From: Octopus vulgaris
Taxonomy: Eukaryota
Reading direction: 5' to 3'
DNA length: 64,000 nt
Assembly (NCBI GenBank): GCA_951406725.2
Contig: OX597831.1
Coordinates: 38,006,001-38,070,000, forward strand
The position numbers were made by a program, and so were the translations under genes. Below the pieces are notes generated by a model that ran no database searches, had not been told where the DNA came from, and saw only the letters and a program-made list of their open reading frames with translations. Shown here piece after piece: positions 53,690 through 64,000 of the stretch. Each line of letters starts with the position of its first letter. The first letter of the stretch is position 1.

Positions 53690-54615
53690 GATTACCAGCA
53701 TTTCTTCTGACTTAACGCATTGAGTTCAACTTTCACCGAGGTCGTTCTTGCTTTTCATCATTTCAGGGTCGATAAAATACGTACCAGTTTATTTGTTACT
53801 AGGGGTCATTGTATTCAGCTTACCCTTCCTCAGAATTGCTGGCCTCATACCAACATTTTAAAGCAATATTTAAATTACTATATGGCAGTAAGCTGGTTGC
53901 ATCATGAGCGCGCAGGGGAAATGCGTAGCGGCATTTCTTCCGATTTGATGTACAGAATTCAAATTCTGCTGAAGGTTGTATTTGCCTGTCATCATATCAG
54001 AATTAATAAAATATATGTACTTGTAAAACTCTGTGGTCAATATAATTGACTTAACCACTTCCTCAAAGTTTAAAGACTTTTGCTAAAACTTCAGACCATT
54101 ATTTAAACATCTATAAAGCAGCGAGCAGGTAGTTTCGTCAGCACACCAGATAAAGTGCTTTGCGGCATTTCTTTCGGCTCCTTACTGTCGGAGTTCATGT
54201 ACAACCGAGGTTGAATTTGCCCTTCATACTTTTGGGTTCCATAAAAATGTACGCTTTGTAAGCACTTTAATCAATTTACCCTAACCTGAATTCTCTCGAC
54301 TTCTGCCAAATGTTGTATAAATTATTTAAACTACAAACAGCATGAAAGCGTGGTATATACTGAGTTCATATCAACTACATAAGTTTCGACGAGGAAACAT
54401 AATCCTTTTTACTATAGTCACAAGGACTGAAATTTTCGGGGAGGGGACTAGTTGATTACAGCTACCCCAGTGTTTCAATGGTTCTTAATTTATCGACATC
54501 GAAAGGATGAAATGCAAAGTCGACCTAGGCGGAATTTGAACTCAGAACGTGAAGATAGACAAAATACCGCTAAGCATATTAACCGCCATGCTAACGGTTC
54601 TGCCAACTCGCCCTG
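53690..54615. mobile_element. Cluster of four family A SINEs (three degenerate + copies, one - copy at 54400-54615)
   Basis: Repeated B-box, GAGGT and TTTCAT motifs. Confidence 0.7.
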
Positions 54616-54856
54616 CGAATATCAAACGTAATGAAGTAAATCTATAGTTAGTTTTCAACAATTTAATCCTTTGGACTCAACACAATAGAACAGCAACCGA
54701 CATGTAGAGCAGATGCGATTCCTTTGATTAACCCATTCACCCCTAAGATCTTCCCTTTCTTACTATGCTAGAAGAAAATAAACAAGCGTCAAGCATCGAA
54801 TAAAATTATTCATCTCATCAAATCTGATGTAGTTGCCCAAGTGAGATTATAAGAAA

Positions 54857-55277
54857 CTAGCAGTATAGCCCGGCGTTGCTCGGGATTGTTTTTTAGTTGC
54901 GCTTAAAACGGCAGACTTTGATATCACGTTAACAAAGTTTTGACATAGTTACAATCTTTTGCATGATATAGCTTGTTATTATCTTTAAGTGAACATTTTT
55001 CTGGTTGAAATACACCGAAAAATAGCGACACAGCAGTCAAAAATCGTAAAAAATAGGGATTTTCATAGAAATAAAGTACCTTTTTGATGTAAATAATTTT
55101 TGGTCTTAACATGGTCCGATTTGATTTTTCCTTCTACGGAATAAAGAGCAAGCCTTCTTCTATCATTCTTTCAATTTTGATCAACTTGCGCCGCAGGGTC
55201 TCGGAGGGGATAGTGTTAGTTGAAGGCTACCAAACCTGCCACACACACACAGACAACTTCAGCTTTATATGTATAGA
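54857..55277 (-). mobile_element. Non-autonomous Helitron
   Basis: Minus strand A|TCTATACATATAAAG...CCCGAGCAACGCCGGGCTATACTGCTAG|T. Confidence 0.85.
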
Positions 55278-55795
55278 TTAGGAAGTTTAGTATTTTAACA
55301 CAATTAATTATAAAGCAGCTTCATAAGTGAATAGCTTTAATTTAATGGTAAATGTACTATAGATAGCTGAACAGGTTCTTTCTTCGAAGTGCATCAGGTT
55401 TCTTTCTTAATGTAATGCTATATACGAGTGAGTGCTGAAACGTTCCTGGTTTTGTACACATATACGTGAACGTACAGAAATATGAGTGCACATATATACA
55501 TATAGAAACCCCATCTACAATTCATTCCTACTTCGGCAAACACGACCAATTTCTTTTCCACCACGCGGTCGATTTCCTGCTCAGAATGGGGTATATTCCA
55601 ACTAAATATTGTCGCTGTATTGCCAGCATAATACATCTATACCATGTGACATTGCTCGAACAATAGCAGACTAACGTACAGCAGTAACCATTGAGTTTCT
55701 TTAATTGCACTCTCATTCAGACCCCAGTGGCCGAAGTCTGACCACACACTTGAAACTCAGAGTACCAAGGAGTCTGAAGATATATATATATAAAT

Positions 55796-55830
<35 letters not shown>

Positions 55831-55855
55831 CATATATATATACATAAATGAAAGA

Positions 55856-56971
55856 ATGGAGTCGAACAAAGATGTTAACAAAATTCCTTTACTCTCGACA
55901 TATGTTTCGAAGACAACATGTTTTTATTCCAAAGGAATAAAGGGTGCATTATGCAATCTTCTCATCAGGAAAGAAAGGGAGCCTTACTTTCCCCTTACTA
56001 TCACAAATAACACTAAGAACAATTCAAAGGCCACAAAAAACTGTATCTGGTTCGTAATACCTTTCGGAAAACAAATTCAATCGAACCTTCCCTTACAGTT
56101 CCGTCAAACCGTTGCTAGGAACTTTCCCAGAAATTCTAGATATCATTCTATTATCAATTCCCACAAAGTCAGAATCGCTTTCTCTAACACTAGGAATCTT
56201 TCACAAATTATATCTTCCCACAATACCAAGCTGCTAAACAAAGTTTCTTCACCCGGGAGTTCCAACACTAATCTTGCTAATTCAAACCCATCATACAATC
56301 ATAATAATAGGAATAGTATTAATAGTAATAGCATTGGTAGCAGCGAAAGTGTTAATGATAATATTAATAATCGTATTAGTCGTGTTAATAACAATGGTAG
56401 TGTTGATGGTAACAACAATAACAGTATTATTGTCGGTGGTATTACTGGTTATAGTACCATTAATAATACTAATAATAATAGAAATAGTGTAGTTGTTGGC
56501 GCTAATAATAATAGTAACAACAATCATAACAATAAAAACTTCGTTTCGATCGCGGAGGACAAACCCAACAGAATTAAATTTTTGTCTAGTAATTCTAAGA
56601 TTAAGAATTCTATTTACCAGTGTAGAATTTCTTCCGGTACCGATGTCTTCTTCTATATAGGAGCGTCCACTTCCCAGTTATCCAAGAGAATTTCAAGCCG
56701 TTATTCATCATTCAGGGATAGTAAAAAACGACATAGTACAGGGCTAAGTAAATTAGTTTGGCGTCTTAAAGACAACAATATAAATTTCAAGTTAGATTGT
56801 TTCATACTGTCTGTATCCTTTCCTTTTGATAAGGGCAGGAGATTTTGTAACATTTGTAACTCTGAACTCTTCCATATTCTCTTCTCTAAGGTTCCCCTAG
56901 TAAACACACTCATAGAAAAATCATACAAATGTAAACACTGGCAGAAACATACTTTCTACTCATATAAATGA
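55856..56971 (+). CDS. Uninterrupted 371-aa ORF: PLE (Naiad-like) linker plus GIY-YIG endonuclease, no reverse transcriptase
   Basis: IWFVIPF...NFP...IISSHNTKLL linker; SIYQCRI...FYIGAS...KR...SSFRD...STGLSKLVWRLK...CNIC..E...CKH; the first ~43 codons come from the inverted repeat; expression unknown. Confidence 0.75.
   Translation: MESNKDVNKIPLLSTYVSKTTCFYSKGIKGALCNLLIRKEREPYFPLTITNNTKNNSKATKNCIWFVIPFGKQIQSNLPLQFRQTVARNFPRNSRYHSIINSHKVRIAFSNTRNLSQIISSHNTKLLNKVSSPGSSNTNLANSNPSYNHNNRNSINSNSIGSSESVNDNINNRISRVNNNGSVDGNNNNSIIVGGITGYSTINNTNNNRNSVVVGANNNSNNNHNNKNFVSIAEDKPNRIKFLSSNSKIKNSIYQCRISSGTDVFFYIGASTSQLSKRISSRYSSFRDSKKRHSTGLSKLVWRLKDNNINFKLDCFILSVSFPFDKGRRFCNICNSELFHILFSKVPLVNTLIEKSYKCKHWQKHTFYSYK
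55886..55978 (-). ncRNA. Inverted copy of the same hammerhead ribozyme
   Basis: Reverse complement of 57244-57336 with the core intact. Confidence 0.8.
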
Positions 56972-57243
56972 TAACGATAGTCACTGTTTGAACAATTAGC
57001 TTTACGTCCACCCCACTTCTATAGCGAAATTCTTTCCTAAGCCTTCGAACATTCTTTCAATCAACGTGCCCTTCCCTCTCCACTTGTTCCCTACCTATTA
57101 TTCCTTTAACCCTTCTCTTACTACTATCTATCTTTGACGTCAATTCTTCTAACGATTTTTAAAAAGAAGACACTCATTATCGTTTTGTTTACCATGTAGG
57201 CAGTCATCGAAATTTTTGTACGTCTTGTTGTCGAGAGAGGCTC

Positions 57244-57336
57244 CCTTTCTTTCCTGATGAGAAGATTGCATAATGCACCCTTTATTCATTTGGAATGAAA
57301 ACATGTTGTCTTCGAAACATATGTCGAGAGTAAAGG
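57244..57336 (+). ncRNA. Type I hammerhead ribozyme with a canonical core
   Basis: CTGATGA at 57254-57260; stem II GAAGA/TCTTC; GAAA at 57314-57317; palindromic stem III ACATATGT; GUC site at 57323-57325; stem I CCTTTCTTTC/GAGAG(T)AAAGG. Confidence 0.85.
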
Positions 57337-57547
57337 AATTTTGTTAACATCTTCGTTCGACTCCATTCTTTCATTTATTCATATACAACACACAAATTTC
57401 TGCACATGAACCCGGAGTTTCTACCCTTTACAACCGTATTCCTGACGTGAATTTGCTACCAAGGTTTCGGTTAAACGAATTTTCCATGCTGACGATAAAC
57501 ATAGGATAATTATTTCACCTATTTATATATACATATATATATATATA

Positions 57548-57760
57548 TGGAATTTACAAAAAAAAAGGGAAAGACAAAGAGGGGTGTCTAAACAACAAAC
57601 AGATGTATTAGTTTAACGCTCGGGAAGTGAGAAAGTCTTTTATGTTTCGATCCTACGCTCTTCAACAGAAAGGAACACAGAAATAAGCAGAGACAAAAAA
57701 AATTTTTGTTCAGATTTAATGGCTAGCGATCAATGATGGCGAATGTATGCTGCCAGTTTG
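57548..57760 (-). mobile_element. Repeat bearing an HHR-like motif (family H)
   Basis: Minus strand TTT-CTGTTGA-A-GAGCGTAGGATC-GAAA-CA-TA-AAA at 57637-57673; abuts (TA)n. Confidence 0.7.
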
Positions 57761-57941
57761 ACTATATATATATACACCCAAACTGATAGAAAAGAGGTAT
57801 ATTTACACATAGTCATAAGTTGATTCTGAACTTGCATCTTTAATTTCCAAAGTAGCAGTAATGATTTCCCGATGGGCTAGCTCGTCGCTTAATGGATAAA
57901 AATATTATTCCTCTCAGTTTCGAAATGCATACATACATTCA

Positions 57942-58037
<96 letters not shown>

Positions 58038-58047
58038 CATATATACA

Positions 58048-58081
<34 letters not shown>

Positions 58082-58798
58082 CATATATCAAATCCCGTCT
58101 GTGTGTATCTGAACACATTTAGAAATCTGTTCTCTGAAGACAGCCAGCTATTAGCTATTAATAACATGAAACTTAGTTATAAATATCTATATTTTGATTA
58201 TAAGCAGTGTTCATAAGCATATAAACATTAGATCAAGTTTTTGATGAATTATGGTCATATTAAAAACAAATTATCTAAGATATTTTAGATATCTAAATAC
58301 GGTTTTACATTGTTGTTCTTATGTTTATTTTATTGCTATTCGATAAATAGAATATCATATAGGAATTCCAGTAGATTTCTTTTCCTTCTATGAAACACAT
58401 AAAATATTTCCGACATAAAAATATTTTAGAAATGTTTATTCTTGATATTTATATCGCATGAAATAGCGCCCTTTCATTGCTCTTTTGTCTCAGAGACATT
58501 TTTTCTAATATAAGAATGTCTTCGAATAATGGTCTAATAATATACTTGCTACGAGTCGGAAATCAATTACCCACAAAATGAAGAGGAATTTGAAACATTA
58601 ATTTTCCAAAACGTATATATAAAATGATGGCCATAAGTCTATTTAGCCATTTCTTTATTATTATTAGAATTGGGTAAAGCAACTTATGACCATCCTTTTA
58701 TATGCAAATATATAAGGTGTATTTCGTTAGGAACGTAGAAGAGTACAGTATAAAAATATAACTGATCAGCCGTAATCCTTGTTGACTCTATCATATTC

Positions 58799-58886
<88 letters not shown>

Positions 58887-59681
58887 GAATATATACACAT
58901 ATATATATTTATATATATATATATGGGTATATATATATATGTGTGTGTGCATGTGTGTATTTATATACATATATGCATGTGAATATATATGTATAAATAT
59001 ATGTATGCATATATACACATATATGTATGTATATATATACGTACGTATATGTATGAATATATCTATATGTATGTACATATATGTACCTACATATAGATAG
59101 ATAGATATACCAACACATACACACATAGTATATATATACATATATGTAGTATCAGATATAGATTCGGAGAGTCATGTGGCTTCCACGAAAGAAGAGTTCC
59201 TCTAACGGAATCTTGGTGTGAAACAGACAAACTTTAGGTTAGCTTAATTATATTTAAAATAAACATCTAAAGGCAATTTCCTAAATTCAAGGTGGTGAAA
59301 AGGTTCTCGCTAATGGCGATTTGTGTAAAAGAATATAGGTGGTGCAGAACAGAATGTGTAAAAGCATTAGTATCCTCTCAATAGTGCTTTCTGTTGGACC
59401 TAATTCTATATCTGACTCAGTATGCCTTGCTCGGGAGGGAATACCAAAGCGAGGTCACTCTAAGTTAAAAGAAAACTATAGATTCATAACGAATGAGTTA
59501 ATACTAGTGAGTGATTTGCGCTCGTAGACAACTCGGTCTGAAGAATTGCATTACAAGAAACGTGAAATGGAAATATATGTATATGTATGTATATATATAT
59601 ATATGTATATATATGCGTGTGTGTATGTATATATATATATATACATACATATATATATATATACAGAGAGAGAGAGAGACA

Positions 59682-59717
<36 letters not shown>

Positions 59718-60049
59718 GATAGATACATACATAGATCTTAAGAAAAAATGACAAACTCATATTTCAGTTATACAGTGTAAGGATTTCAATGAATCAACTA
59801 TGGTTTACATTGCTAATCTGCTGACAAATGATACTCATTTTTAAGTTGTAGTTAGAATGTGTGCAAATAAATTCAGGGCAGTAGATAAACAATCAGTCGT
59901 TCGTTCGTACTTGTATTGAATAATTATTTTAAAAGAATAAATTATATGAAGATAGATTTTATTTTCACTTTATGAAAACTTCAAAACACATTTGTAACGT
60001 AAATATTCTCAAACGTCTAAGGTAATCTTCCTGCCAGATTTCTCTAGGT

Positions 60050-60850
60050 GTCAGTCATCATTTGTGGTTGCGTATAAGTATTTCTCGCATGAGAAACTTC
60101 TATAAACTACAGGACAGAGGTTGAGACATTGCGTTGTGTCCATCGCTTTCTAAACGCTTTGACTTATTTTGAATTTTCTCAAGGTAGAAAATTGCTAGAT
60201 TTGGCAAAGCGTTGTATGAAGTGCTTTGCCAAATTTCGCTACATTTCTTTCGTTTTAAGTTGAATTACCACTGACATCGAGTATATTTTTGTAGCCGCCT
60301 AGGAGTGTGAATTGAACAAAATATCACATAGGTAATGTTGTCGAATTTTGCATTATAATCTTGCAAACTGAATAACTTTATATCTCCGTGTTATAAACCA
60401 ATATATTAAGTTTTATTTGTGCAGTTACAACGACCAACGAACACTAAGACAAGGTGGCTCTGGACTAATGATTCAGCGGTATTTGATTTGTAATCATACC
60501 GCCTTACTTTGGATGTCAGTGTCAATTAGTCTTTGTACATTCGTATATTGTGATTTATTCCAGCATGCTACAGATCGTTGTTAAGTCAACCCATTGTCGA
60601 CGTAATGTTACTAAGGATCCAATTCGTATCTTTCGATAGATAGAAACGAGAGGCATGGATAAAGTAAATAATTTAAATCATGGTTTATCTGGTAAAGGAC
60701 CCTGTAACATGCTGGCCTCTACATAGTTTACTTCAAACGTTCCTTCTTTTTCTGCAGGAGTAATTGCTATCTTAGTTAATTTGATCGACTTCCAACAATT
60801 TTCGTCTATTCATTTCCGTTCGAGTTGTTTTAGATGAAAGAACTTGCTCA
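60050..60850 (-). pseudogene. Highly decayed pogo/Tigger (CENP-B-like) transposase remnant
   Basis: Minus-strand fragments SKTT...RRKLL...RKRR...YVEASMLQ and STMG*LNN...HAGI resemble the pogo HTH and S.GWL..F..R.GI motifs. Confidence 0.4.
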
Positions 60851-61696
60851 TGGTGGAATGGAACCCAACAAGACGTGGTTAGGCTGAGACTATCTTAACC
60901 ACTTACCTATATTTGAAACCTCTCAAAGCTAAATACTGCAATGCATTTCATTTGTTGGCTGTACGACTCTAAGAGAAGTGTCCTTTCGTAAATGCGCGCC
61001 TGCATATGTTTGAACTCTATAATATATACCTATACTATATATTTCATTTAGGAGCAAAAGAAAAATAATTAAAATCTGTCAAAATACATAAACAGCATGT
61101 CAGCTTTCACCTGCTGAATTATAATTATTTCATAAACTTGTATATATATTTAAAAATAAATTTATGAATATTATTTGAAAGACAAGATCATGCTTGATAT
61201 TTAATAAACTACGATCGTGTATTTTTATTCTAATCCAAAATTACAAGTCATAAATTTCAATTCATTAATCACTACGAATCATATTGTTTAACCCATGATC
61301 AGTCGCCATTCAACAGTTTTATGATAATATGTGTTTTACTGCTTCGCGCGCCATTCCTTGCCTGGAATGATTGGATGATTTTAGCCTGTAATTTCTGATT
61401 GGTCAAGGAATTCAGAGACTTCTTGTGACACTGATTAAAATTCATAATTAGAAATGAAAATAATTAATGACTTTTACACTTCTTTTTTCTTTTTCTTTTT
61501 TTTTGCTGTAAGTATTAAAAGTGTGGATACAATTTGGTAATTGTTTCATTATGCTTTTACAAAGCTGAGCATCTCAGTACAAATCTTGATGCGTATATAT
61601 TTCATAAATTTCTGCACATATGACTCTGGATAATTCCAGGTATCCTGTATGAACGCAAGGTATAAAACACTATTTTCATGCACTACAAATCAATAG

Positions 61697-61945
61697 TGAA
61701 GGCACGAGGCCTTATAGGTTAGGCTGTTGCACTCAAAATCGCGACTAGGTAACGTGTTGTGTACTTAAGCAAAACACTTCATTTCACATTGCTCCTGTCT
61801 CCCTTCGGTCAGGGAAGATTGTTGGCCTGCTCGCCAGGCCAGAGGCGTGGCTTCATTTGAAGGCTAAAACAATACAAAAACGCACTGTGACTAGCGATGG
61901 GTAACAACATATGATAGATTGGTATGTCACGTAATCACGTGACGA
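61697..61945 (+). mobile_element. Family C variant SINE
   Basis: Homologous to 2236-2480. Confidence 0.6.
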
Positions 61946-62214
61946 ATCTAAAAGCAATCGAGAACCCCTGTATAACGTACTTATAAAAGCACAAATAAAT
62001 ATACTTCGAATTATATCTATATTCACATCGTTAACACTTTTCAAATTAGATAACGTTGTTCATAGTTTCCGGAGGAAAAGTAACACCACATCATACGGTA
62101 ACCTCTTCAAATATAAATCTCGTTGTTGAACGTTCTAATGCAAGGCTAAACCATACACAAGCACATAGGACCTCTTTTCATACATGATTCTGGTATTCCT
62201 TATTGAAACAATAA

Positions 62215-62447
62215 AGTGATTATAATAATCATTGTCATACTCATCATCATTATCCCTCTTCTTCTTCTTCTTCTTCTTCTTGTTCTTCTTCTTCTTGTTC
62301 TTCTTGTTCTTCTTCTTCTTCTTCTTCTTCTACTTCTTCTTCTTCTCCTCCTCATTCTTCTTCTTCTTCTTCTTCTTCTTCACCGCCTCCTCCTCCTCCT
62401 GCTTCCTCTTCGTCTTCTTCTCCCTATCATCATCATCATCATCATCA

Positions 62448-62484
<37 letters not shown>

Positions 62485-62495
62485 CATTATTATTA

Positions 62496-62577
<82 letters not shown>

Positions 62578-62600
62578 TATTATTATTATTATTATTATTA
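62215..62600. repeat. Compound (CTT)n/(CAT)n/(ATT)n microsatellite
   Basis: Direct inspection. Confidence 0.95.
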
Positions 62601-62757
62601 AGGCAGTGAGCTGGCAGAATCGTTAGCGCACCGGGGGAAATGCTCAGCATTAATTTCGTCTGCTGTTACGTTCTGAGTTCAAATTCAACCGAGGTCAACA
62701 TTGCCTTTCATCCTTCCAGGAGTGGATAAAATTGGTACCAGTGACGCACTGGGATCC
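62600..62757 (+). mobile_element. Family A SINE, 3'-truncated
   Basis: AAGGCAGTGAGCTGGCAGAA...GAGTTCAAATTC...GCCTTTCATCCTT. Confidence 0.85.
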
Positions 62758-64000
62758 AAAAATACACTAAATGTTTGAAAAACTTTCCCTATTGCACCCA
62801 GTTTGTGGCGGGCATGAATGTTACAGGAACAAGATTTCAGTTGTATATAAACCACTATATGAGCCAAGTCACCTCTATAACAAGATATAACAGAATCTTT
62901 GAGATTTATGTAGAATGTGAGACATGTAAGTATTGCCAGTCGTTGTGTGCAGAGGAATGCACCAAGCACAATATGATTTATGTTGGTTGCACGACAGAAA
63001 AGTAAAATAGAAGATACAGCGTGGATAGGATTGACGTCAGTCACCATGGCTGTACTTCGACGGAATTTACACAACTCTTTACATCGAACGGTGAAACATT
63101 TGCGAATCAGCTTTAGTACACATTCTCATAAAATATTGTAACTCTACAGCACTATCGTTCTTCCTGAGACAAGATACGTACGTCACACATTGGTTGAAAG
63201 AACAAGAATATGACAAGAGAATTGCATATTTACAAAACAGTTTTGACTAAGTATTCTCTTTCCATTTTTTCTATTTTCTTCTTTCTTCTTAAAATTAATC
63301 TTCTTTTTACCAGTTGTGAAAAGCCAAGACGGATAACATTCTTTTGTCTAAAAAGGAACACCGGATATTTCAGTTCGAATTTTGAATTTCTGTATTCTGA
63401 CATAATTATAATTCGCTTTCAATTTTGAGCTCTAACAGGACAAACATGCTGTCGAAATTATTCAATTCATAACAGAAGCAATCTTTTGTTATTATATACC
63501 GTGTGGCCATCTTTTTACTGTGTAACAATATCAATAATACTTATACTTGATTAAGTAGAAGATCAGTAATTTAAAAATGAATAGTTGGTAGTTTATATTA
63601 CCGAATTGCTTTGAATGGAAGGCCGAACTTAAGGCAACGCAAGAGAGACTGAAAGCACAGCTTTCGAACACGCAAACAATTCTGTCAAACATGACCAGTG
63701 TTTTCTTGTTGTTAGTGATCTTGATGACTACGATGACGATGATGATAATGGTGTTGATGGGGTGGTGGTGATTTTTATCGTAATGCTGACGGTTGTAATA
63801 GTGTTGATGATAGTAGTGGTGATGAATGGTGGTGATGATGATGATGATGATGATGATGGAGAGGAGGAGGATAGTATAAAAAAGATCGAGGAGGAGGAGG
63901 AAAAAGAGGAGAAAATGGAAAGAGAAGATTATGGAAAAGCAACAAAATAAATTATTTTCTCACAAAAACAATTCAAATCCATTTAAAAATCGCGAAAAAA

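Larger units (their letters stand above)
55844..57523 (+). mobile_element. 5'-truncated Penelope-like element with an inverted terminal copy, in (TA)n
   Basis: 141-bp inverted repeats at 55844-55984 and 57238-57378 (3 mismatches); GIY-YIG ORF between them; tail extends to ~57523; TA tracts on both sides. Confidence 0.9.

Noticed and set aside
55844-57378. DNA transposon or MITE with 141-bp TIRs
   Set aside because: The right repeat is internal (the tail continues to ~57523), the repeats contain hammerheads, and the ORF is GIY-YIG rather than DDE
59340-59530. RGH..KL motif suggesting a CR1 LINE C-terminus
   Set aside because: A single short motif with no supporting downstream FF..RV...WN pattern

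Overview
AT-rich eukaryotic DNA saturated with microsatellites and containing no recognisable intact host gene. The SINE families and the (TA)n/(TG)n/(AAT)n load suggest a cephalopod, probably Octopus (inference). The window is a mosaic of mobile-element remains: three tRNA-headed SINE families; Penelope-like elements (PLEs) with GIY-YIG endonucleases and hammerhead ribozymes (HHRs); non-LTR fragments (RTE, Tx1/L1, R4/Dong-like, Hero-like); a near-intact Tc1 DD34E transposon; three non-autonomous Helitrons; and decayed MULE and pogo remnants. Five observations stand out. (1) A 371-aa GIY-YIG-only ORF is bracketed by 141-bp inverted repeats that each contain a hammerhead, and several short fold-back PLE tails sit in (TA)n tracts. 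(2) A four-copy repeat carries a hammerhead with a non-canonical core. (3) One SINE has a 3' tail matching a Tx1 LINE 3' end and is repeatedly joined to the head region of related SINEs, once with a 17-bp target-site duplication. (4) A Hero-like fragment is flanked by a ~190-bp direct duplication. (5) Different retroelement classes appear to occupy different microsatellite types. Most ORFs in the supplied track are microsatellite or antisense artefacts. All family calls come from motif recognition by eye, not from database searches.
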